Virus record (IMG/VR): IMGVR_UViG_3300037585_001389
Span: 1-53,927 of that record
Origin: a virus
Lineage: Duplodnaviria; Caudoviricetes
Direction: 5' to 3' (one strand)
Length of the DNA stretch: 53,927 bases
Of this stretch, positions 20,809 through 31,000 are shown piece after piece. The position numbers and the translations under genes are program-made. Below the pieces are notes generated by a model. That model was given only the letters and a program-made list of their open reading frames with translations, made no database searches and was not told the DNA's origin. Position 1 is the first letter of the stretch; every line of letters starts with the position of its first letter.

Positions 20809-22017
20809 ATGGCAAACGGAACATCGGCACCTAATTATAGGTTGTCACAAGGAACACAGCGACGAGTATATGAAGCTGGGGTTGACCCAGTGAATACCAA
20901 ATCTGGTAAGACCGCGCGTCAACACTTGACTAGAGCTGCTATAGCGGGTGAAGTGGGTAAGATAGCTACAGGTATAAAAGATCAGATCGTAGCAAAGCAG
21001 GAGGATACAGCGGCACGTGAGAACGCGTGGGAGACGGGTTTTGATGCTATGGGTGATAGAGGTTCATGGGCCTCAGGAGAATTGTATGACCAATTCCAAA
21101 CTATGGAAAACGAATACAAAGATAATTACTTAGAAGCAGTTAGAAAGGGAGATAAGAAAGAGCAAGCTCGTATGTTGAAAGATCAAGCCACAAGGGCTTC
21201 AGGTCTTAAGGGTTGGAAAGAGACTATGGAGACAGCGAAGAAAATTAACGATGGAGTAGGGTGGAGTAATACTTTCAAAGGTGATCCAGAATCTCTGCAT
21301 ATAATGAATGCTTTAACAACGTTAGATGGTAAAACAGCTGTAACTAGATTTGGAGAAAACGGTGAGATGGTATTTGATATTAAAATGCCAGACGGAAGTA
21401 CAAAATCTATAACACGTCGCGAAGCGGATGACATGATAGCCAAAGGTGTTAAACCAGTTAAGCAAGAGTTAGACTTTATGAATGGATTACTATCTTATGA
21501 AGAAGCTGGTGCTAATGGAAAGCCTTTTAATGCTGATATTGTTAAACGTAAAAACGAACTTAATATAAAGGACGAAGAGGTGTCTTCATTAATGAGAGAA
21601 GATTTTGGTGGAGGCGGAAGTTTTTCTAATCATATAAAATCACACCCAGACATGATAGCGCAGTTCGCGGATGTGATGGGTGATGGAGATGGTACAATAA
21701 CAACAGAGGAAAAAGCGGCCTTTGATTTGCTAATAAATAGCGACATGGATGCTATAATAGACGCGATGGAGGCAAATCCTAAAGTTGCTAAAGGTTATAT
21801 AGCAGAATGGAAAACACTACAAGAAGAAGAAGCATGGAAGAGAGGTCGTGGGGGATACGATGCCGCTCAATATCAAGATGGTTTATCAAAGTTTAAGAAA
21901 GGCTCTTTGGAACAGAGGCAGTATATATGGGACCATGAGACTGCTAAAGCAACTCAGGGAATGACACCTACAGAACTTATCGAGTTCATTAACTCTAACC
22001 CAGCTCCAACAGAATGA
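20809..22017 (+). CDS. internal virion / ejection protein
   Basis: 402-aa helical protein between the small and giant cargo genes; ATGA overlap with the next gene. Confidence 0.55.
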   Translation: MANGTSAPNYRLSQGTQRRVYEAGVDPVNTKSGKTARQHLTRAAIAGEVGKIATGIKDQIVAKQEDTAARENAWETGFDAMGDRGSWASGELYDQFQTMENEYKDNYLEAVRKGDKKEQARMLKDQATRASGLKGWKETMETAKKINDGVGWSNTFKGDPESLHIMNALTTLDGKTAVTRFGENGEMVFDIKMPDGSTKSITRREADDMIAKGVKPVKQELDFMNGLLSYEEAGANGKPFNADIVKRKNELNIKDEEVSSLMREDFGGGGSFSNHIKSHPDMIAQFADVMGDGDGTITTEEKAAFDLLINSDMDAIIDAMEANPKVAKGYIAEWKTLQEEEAWKRGRGGYDAAQYQDGLSKFKKGSLEQRQYIWDHETAKATQGMTPTELIEFINSNPAPTE

Positions 22018-25000
22018 ATGAAGAATTAGAAAGACTTGTTGGTGTTCTTCAGGCTCAAGGTGCTAGCATGTCTGAAATACAGAACGCTATAGCTCAATAT
22101 AAGCAAACAAACCAGGGTGGAGAAGACTCTAATGAAGAAGAGGTTCCAACTGGTCCTACAGTTGATGCTGATGGTGTTAACGTAGACACGTATATTGATG
22201 AAACTTTTTGGGAGGTAAATAAGGTTGATGCGGATGGAAATAAGAAACTTGATAGAGATTCCTACTTCGATGAGCAAGGAAATTTTATCCAGTTTCAGGA
22301 CCAAATGCGATCGGATGCAGATTACTGGTTAGGGTATGAAAAAGTACTCAAAGAAATGGAGACGAAAAATGCTGTAACTAAAGATGCGGTTATGGTTGAA
22401 GACACCTCTTCTGAGGGTTTTATTCAAAAAGCACTTGAAGGAGAGGACGAAAATATATCAAACGCTGCTCAAACTAAGTACAACACCCACGTTCAACAAG
22501 AGATTGATTATAATAATATTACTGATGAGGAAAGGCAAAACGAAGCAAAACTTCGTAAAGAATATCTTACTCAATATGTAAAAAATGGCGGGAACCTTGA
22601 TTACTATAATGAAGAGAGGTTAATGGAAAAAGATGGTATAGATACATCAAAATTACCATCTAAAATAGAATCTGAATACGAAGCTAATAAGAACAATTAT
22701 TTTAATCAAAAATTGACTATAGCAAAACGCAGGTGGTTAAAAGAAACTGGATACAAGTTAGATAGCCCTGAGGGTGAGAAGCTTTTGGAAAAGCTAGAAG
22801 AAGTAACTCTAGCAGATATTGAAGGGGATGAAATAAAAGCAGTCGGTAAAGGCGAGCAATCACTAGCAACTATTTTTAACTCTATATCTAACGATGATGC
22901 AGAATTTAAAGAGGCAGTTCTAGATACTGAAAGAACCCTCGAGCGTAACACTATTCTTAGAAGCAAAACCTCAGAGATGGCTGATGCTTTTGATAAGTCC
23001 GGAACATTTTCTGGTCAACTCCCTGGTAATCAAACAATAAACGCTTTGTTTGGAAAATCGGTACAACAAGTTACTATAGAGGATTTTGCTTTAAAAGATT
23101 TAGAGACTATAGAAAGTGAAGCAAAAGACAAGAGTATTGAGGCTAGTCTAATTCACGAGCAGTACAACCGCGTTTATGATAAGCTAACAGAAACAGCTGC
23201 TGACTTAAAGGAGATAGGAGATCCAAAAGTTAAGATAGAAGCTATTAAAGCTAAACACGATTTAACTACGGATAAAGGTATTAAAGCCGCAAATGAGGAG
23301 ATTACAGGATTTATAGATAGGTATTCCGATTTAGTTAATGATCACAACAACGGCTCAGATGCTCTGAAAGATATATCTTTAGCTGTAACTCAGATTAAAC
23401 AGGAGATGGGTGATCTAGCTGTTCGTGAGCAAGATTTAGGTGTGTTCACGGATCAAATAGGTAAGAATCACAGGGTAGCAACTCAAATGGCTACAGCGTT
23501 TGCTAACGCTACCGTAGACTTAGCTGAAGGAGCAGCTGATGTTGTTTACATGGTAAACCCGCTTGGAGCTTTAGCTGATGAACTTATAGATTACGCAGGT
23601 GAAGATTCTTACTTAGGAACTGTAGTAGAAACAGCTAGAATATTAGCAGCGCCATTTACAGGTGGTGCGTCAATGTATTCTGGAAAAAGGAGAGATGATA
23701 TTAAAGATGCTATCAACGGTTACCAAGAGCATGTTAGTTCTCTGGTTGCTGAACCTCCAAGATACGATGACATTCAAGGTGTGGGAGATGCTGTTGAATG
23801 GGCACTAGTAGCTGGTGCAACTCAAGCTCCCCAACTTGCTATATTAGCGGCTACAGGTGGTACAGCCGGTTTAGTTATGATGGGTGCTATGTCTGCTGGT
23901 CAGAAGTTTAGCGCTATGGAGGATCAACGAGAGTTGTTTGAAAAGACTGGTGGGCTATATGGTCAAGACCATAACTTTGCTACTATGTATGCGGCTAGTG
24001 TAGCTAGCGGCGCTATAGAATCTTTATCTGAAAAGGTTACACTTGGCCTTATGAAGGGAACCGGTGGATTGACAACTAAATATCTATTCGGTGAAGTTGG
24101 TAAGAAAACAGCTGGTAGCTTTTTCAGAAGGAATATACTTAGTGGTGACGCTTTAAAATACTCTGCTAAAAAACTTATAGACATAGGTGAAGAGGGTGGG
24201 TCTGAGGCTTTAGCTACTATAGGTGGTAATTACATCGACAGGTTAGCTGGTGATAAAACCGTTAATATACTTAGTGGGGTAAACGAATCGTTTGTTACTG
24301 GAGCTCTTATAGGTTCTACACTCGTTATGCCCACAGTGTTTAGGGATGCTCACTCTTCTTTCAAAAGCGTAGAAGCTTCTGATGTGATGGAAATTAACTA
24401 TGCTAGGATCCAGGAGCAGAACGCTATAATAAATGACCCTAATTCTACACCGGCTGCTAGAGACGCGGCGGTTGAACTCAATAAAGAGTTAGTAGCTGAA
24501 AATGCTAGTGTAATAGCTTTAGATTTAAAAAGAGTTGATTCTCTGACTAAACCAGAGAAAAAGAGGTTAGTAGAGATAGAGGTTGAAAACAGAAAGATAG
24601 AGCAACAAGCTCTAGAGATCGCTCAATCAGACGCTACGCAGGCTGATAAAGATAAGCAGATAGAAACCCTTAATGAAGTTTATAATAAAAACTTAAACGA
24701 GAAAAACGGTGTTATAGCTAAGTACCCAGCTGATGAGGTTTTACGTGCTCACAAGCAAGAGCTACAGAGACTACAAGATCAATCTGACGCTATCGAAGCT
24801 GAGGGTGGGGCTAAGATCAATGTTACTAGAGGTCAGTCTAAGACTGATGAAGGTTTAGTGGTTGAATTTGACGCATGGAAAAAAGAAGCCCAAAAGAAAG
24901 GTAACGTAAGGATAGCAGCGTCAGAAGATGGCACTCAAGTTTATGGAGCTATGGTTCCAGTATTAAATAACGCTGGTGAGGTGACTAGCTATGAAATGTT

Positions 25001-28000
25001 CTTTAACGAAAAGAATATTTTTGAAGATGGTAAAACAACAACAGCTTCGCATGAGCTTTTACATGCTGCTGTATTCAACACTATACGCGCTAACCCTGTA
25101 TTACGCAGAAGGTTCGGTGAGGCTATAGAAAATATATTAGATGGACCAGGTGTTAAGATAAACGAAGAGGCTAGAAAAGATTTAGAAAGAGTCAAGCAGT
25201 ACGGTAAGACCGCTAGAGGCGAGGAGATATTTGCTATTGTGTCAGAGAACATGGTCAAGGGTAATATCACTATAGACGGCGGGGCTATTGGTAAGATGAA
25301 AGATCTGATGCGTAGGACTAGCATGGCTACTACAGATACCGATATTGAGTTTAATGATGAACAAGATATTAGAAACTTTCTAAAAGACTACAGCAGATCT
25401 AGAACAAAGGGTGTAAACGATAAACGTATTACAAGCTTGTTTGTTAAAGGAGCTAAAGGTAAATTAGTTGAAACACCGGCAACTAGAGAGGAAGCTAAAA
25501 AGATCATAGAGGAAAAGCACGAAGAGCAAGCTAAAGAGGATTTCCAAGAGACTCTTATGGCTAGCATGAGGTCTCAACCTGATATGAGGCAAGAGATAGA
25601 TGACATAGTAAAAAACCCTGATGGTACACGTAAGTATCAAACCAAAGAAGATTTCAACCGCCGAGGTGGAGTAGAATCCGCGTGGATGAAAATAAGTCAA
25701 AGCCCTTTACTTGACGGTCTTATTCAACAAGGTATGGTAGAGAGGGGTGTACCACCTCAAGCTATGCGGGATTTTACAAGGAACGTTAAAGACGGTTTGA
25801 TGGAGAGATTGTACAAGCAGTATGATCCAGCAAAAAATGATAGCTTATTCGGTTGGTTAACTGGTGTTTCTGGTGGAGCTGGTATGTCTCAGATATACAG
25901 GGCTAAGGGTGATGTTATGAACGCTTACAAGAAGGACAACATGCTGAACGTTGTCTCTCTTGATGCACCTATGGGCGAAGGTACTTCATTTGAAGCTACT
26001 ATAGAAGCTGAGACAGACACTTTTATGCAACAGCTTGAGGAGATGGACATGACTAAGACACGTGAAGCACGTGAAGCTAGAAAACCTAAAAAGGTTGTTA
26101 ACGAGTTAAACATAGATAGTAAAGGTAAATCAAATATTAAACAGGCTATTGTTGACGCGAACCTTAGCCTTGAGGGAGTACAGTATAAAGATGTTAAGAA
26201 ACTTACCACTGGTAAAGGTGCTCCATTATCAAGCGTGTTAGACATCATCGCGGAAAAGTTTGGTGTTGATCCTAAACGTATCATTAAACCATCAGATCTA
26301 AATGGTAAGCAAAGAAAAGCTGCGCAGAGTTTCATTAATAAGAACGCTGCGTTTTTATTAGAGATGTTACCCGAAGGCGAAACCGTAAGCGGTGAAGCCA
26401 CTGGTGTTGCTAACACTAAGCTTGGAGAACTCTATGAAAAAGGAGAGAGGTTGAAGTTTAAAGATGGAGCTACAGCCGCGGGTAAGTTCTCTCAACAAAA
26501 AAAATCTGACTTAACTGTTGAGCAGTTTAAAGAACTATTTGGTATTAAACCAGACGGAACTTTTGATAATAACAGGAAGCACGATGGTGCTATAAAAGCT
26601 TTAGTTAATCAAGCCACGGTACTCGCTGCTAATCAAGCGTTAAGAGAAAACGCTATGGAAAATGGTACATCTTCAGAAGCTGTTATCGCTAAGCTTGGAG
26701 AAGGGAGAGCTGAGGTAATGTTTAGCGTAAAAGTAAGGGAGAAAGTTAAAAATACTTTTGATCAACTATACCCTGATTTAATAAAAGCTGTAGCTAACTC
26801 TAACACTGGCGATATAGATTCTATACGCGTAGGAGTTGAAGCTGTTTACGGTGAAATACTTAATAAATCTGAGATTAATAGATTAGTAAACGAGGTTTAT
26901 GATCAAGCAGACGAGTACAATACTATAAGCCAAGATCTTAAAAGCGCTGGTACTGTCGCGCCTTTAAGCTTAGAACAGTTTTTACAAGACAAGTACGATA
27001 GTGCTAACACTGAAAAAGGCGTATTAAAAGCATTACAAGATAAGCTACCAAAAGATAAAGAAACTAAGAAGACTATAAGTGTAGGCGCTCATTTTTTAAC
27101 TGATACAAAAATAAATCAACAACGAGCTATACCAGGTTTAATATCAGCTGAAATGAAAAAGCAGCTAGATGAAAACGGAAACAGAGTTTATTCTGACAAG
27201 CAGATAGCTGAAATGCTTATAGCACATGTTGCCCCTATGTACGCTGGCGCAGGTAAAATAGCTGATGGAAGATTTATAGTTGTAGACGGTGTTATGATTA
27301 AGGATCCTGAGTGGGATGTTAGAAAAGATGGTTCTCCTGGAAACAAATGGAGGAGGTGGAATAAGAGTGACGTAAAAAAAGCTAGCGATAAATTATTTGC
27401 TAATAGAAGAAACCTTCTAACTAAAGCACAAATAGCTGCGTTGGGTCCAGTGCCAGTAAGATCTTACGAAGATGGTGGTAAATTTAAGTATGAAAAAGAA
27501 TATCGGTCTTACCAAGCAAAACTTAGCACAGCAAGACTTAAAGCCCGTTTGGCTCTAGAGCCTAAAGTTGGAGATCTTAAGCTTGATAGCAAAGGTAACA
27601 AAATACCTAAGAAAAACAGAAAACAATGTTGTCAAGGTATGCCTGATTTTATCAATATACTTAACACAATTGGCTTAGGTAATATACAAAAAGCTGGAAG
27701 AGGTTACACGTTAGACGGGGTTACTTTAGACACTACGTTAATACCTGAAACGTCAGAAGCTAGATTAAGATTAGCTAAAGATCCTAATTCAAAAGTTTTT
27801 GAAAACGGTAAGAAGCAAGCTGAGGACGCGCGAGTTGTTGTTAAATTAATGCTAGACACTTTATACGCTAAACTTAATTCTAAAGACGATTACGCTAATT
27901 TTGCTATGACTTTAACTAGCCTTGGCTCTAGTATGCAAGCGCCTATGAGGAGAGCTGCTATGTTTGAGTATTTTATGGAAGGTGTTGAAGATATAGTCGC

Positions 28001-31000
28001 AAACAAAGGTAAAGCTAGTATCGGATCTATTACTGAATTTGAGCATTTAAAACCTCAAGAAGAAACTATTGGAGAAATTATACACTCTTACCTAACCAAT
28101 GGTGAGCTTGACATGCGTATATTTGAGGGCGGTGGACCTTACAGACCTTATAAGACTGGGGTTCTTAGTAAAGATATGGATAACGCTCAAACAGACGCTG
28201 GGCATAAATTCACCTCGCCAAGTATGACGAGAGGTGATAGTAGGCAATACTCTTTAGAAGCTATCCGTGATACTCGTATTAGGCCTCTTAGAAGTATTGA
28301 CCCCGCTAAAATAGATACTAATAAAGAGTTCGTGGGTAGAGAGTGGGTTGCTATGAATGACGCGCTTGCTGAGGGTAAGAACTTGCAGAATGATAAAATC
28401 CTTCAAGGTGTATGGGGTAACATTAGTTTTTCTAAACGCGCTATCCCGTCTACCACCGGAATTAAGGTGACGGGGAAACTAGGAAAATTTAAAACTAAAA
28501 TAGACGTTGAAGGTGGGTTCTTAGGTAGTTTAAATAAAGCCACATTATCTGGATCTACTGTAACGATACAAGCTACCGTTGGCTCGGATCGAAGTGAGTT
28601 TAACATGGTAAAAAATCAACCTGTTAGTTTCGATATTAAAGTAGGTTCAGACGGAAACATAAGCCTTATTAAAAGTGAAAGTATTGCAGACTCGGCTTTG
28701 TTCAATGCTTTAAATGGTTGGATTCAACATAGAAATAAAGACTTTAGAGGTAGAGATAATGTAGGGGTTTTAGATTCACTAGGTATTACTGGTAGATTAA
28801 ATACTAGACGACGAGGTGGTGTTGGACCGATAAACATGGAGGTTACTGAGATCAACTCACCTGGTCCACAACAATACGATATACCACTTCAAACTGAAGG
28901 TATGTTTTCTAAGAAGTCTGCTAAACCTAAAGGTATATCTGTATTGGATTTTGATGATACATTAGCTACAACAAAATCTAACGTTTGGTTTACAACACCC
29001 AGCGCTAAGGGTTTAAACTTCGAGTTGAATCCAGAGGATTTCTACGCTACGCTAACTGGTCCGGAAGGCACTAGAGTAATGTGGCTCAATAGAGACGAGA
29101 GTACGCGCGGTAGAGGTTACGGGTTGATCAAAGTGTTAGATGTAGATGGTAAACCTATGGGTAGCGGGAGTGTTGTGGACCCTAAGATGGATTTCAAGGA
29201 ATTCTTAAAGAAAACCAGACACCAAGCTAGAAGCGGTGGTCTTGTATCAAATCCACGTGAGGTTAAAGTAATTCAAGGTGTACTGAACGCTGAGCAGTTC
29301 GCTAAAGCTGGTAAAGATTTACTAGCTGAAGGAGTTGAGTTTGACTTCTCTGAATTTAATAAAGTTGTTGACGGTAAAATAGCGCCATTGTTTAATAAGG
29401 CTATGAAGCTTGCTGATAAGTTTGGAACAGATAACATGTTTATCCTTACAGCTAGGTCACCTGAATCAGCTGAAGCTATCAAGCAGTTCTTAGACGCCCA
29501 AGGTTTAAACATACCTATTGAAAACATAACTGGTTTAGGCAAATCAGAGGCGTCAGCTAAAGCTAATTGGATAGCAGAAAAAATAGGTGAAGGCTATAAC
29601 GACTTCTATTTTGCAGATGATGCTATACAAAATGTAGAGGCGGTTAAGAACATGCTAGACGCATTTGACGTTAAAGGTAAAGTTCAACAAGCAAAGGTAG
29701 AGTTTAGTAGACGAGCTCCTCAAGAGATGGATAATATTATCGACGAGGGAGCTGCTGATTTAGATTCTGATCTTAACATTATACTAGAAGAAAGCAAGGG
29801 CGTTAGCCGTGTAAAAAGATTTTCACCAGCTAAAGCTAGGAAGAGGGGTAAGAACAAAGGCAAGTTTAAATTCTTTATTCCACCTTCAGCAGATGACTTT
29901 GCGGGTTTGATGTATGCATTTATGGGTAAAGGTAAAACCGGTGATAGGCATCATAAGTGGTTTAAAGAGAATTTATTTGATCCCTTCTCTAAAGGTATAA
30001 GAAACCTCAACATGGTTAAACAAGCTGTGGCAAATGACTTAAAGAGGATTAGAAAAGCTATGCCTGAAGTTACCAAAAAACTAACTAATAAAATTGGTAA
30101 CACGGAGTATACGCATGGTGATGCTATAAGGGTTTACAACTGGAATAGAGCTGGGTTTGACATACCGGGTTTAACGGAGACAGATAAAGCTGATTTGATA
30201 AGAGAAATTGAAGCAGATCCTCAGTTAAAAGCGTTTGCTGATGGTGTGAGCTCTATAGGCAATATGCCAGGAGGTTTAACTCAACCAGGTGAACACTGGT
30301 TAGGTGGTACCATAGCTTCTGATATGACAGATGCATTTAAAGATGCTAGATCCGTGTTCCTGCAACAGTGGAAAGATAACGTTGACGTTATTTTCAACGA
30401 AGCTAACATGAATAAGATTGAAGCTGTATACGGTTCTAACTTTAGGGAAGCCTTAGAAGACATCTTATATAGGATGGAACATGGAGGTAATAAATCTCGT
30501 GGAGCTGGAAGGTTATTAAACAACTTCACTAGCTGGATACATGGGTCTATAGGTACAACTATGTTCTTTAATGCTAGATCCGCTGTGCTACAAATGATAT
30601 CAAATGTAAACTTCATTAATTGGAGTGATAACAACATGATGCAAGCTGCAGCGGCATTTGCCAATCAACCACAGTACTGGAAGGACGTGGCTATGATATT
30701 CAACTCTCCTTTCCTAAAACAAAGGAGAGCTGGTTTAAAGACAGATGTCAACGCGGCTGAGCTACTAGCTGATATAAAGGACTCGAAAAACAAAATGAAA
30801 GCTGCTACAGCTTATCTATTACGACTTGGTTTTACACCAACTCAGATAGCGGATAGTTTAGCTATTGCAACTGGTGGCGCTACGATGTACCGTAACAGGG
30901 TTAAAACATACACTAAAGAGGGTTTATCTCAGTCTGAAGCTGAAACAAAGGCTTTTGAGGATATGATGGAGATCGCTGAGGAAACGCAGCAATCAGCTAG

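Noticed and set aside
21670-21715. GDGDGTITTEE as an RNAP catalytic loop or EF-hand
   Set aside because: It is not DxDGD in an RNAP context, and it lacks the first Asp of a canonical EF loop
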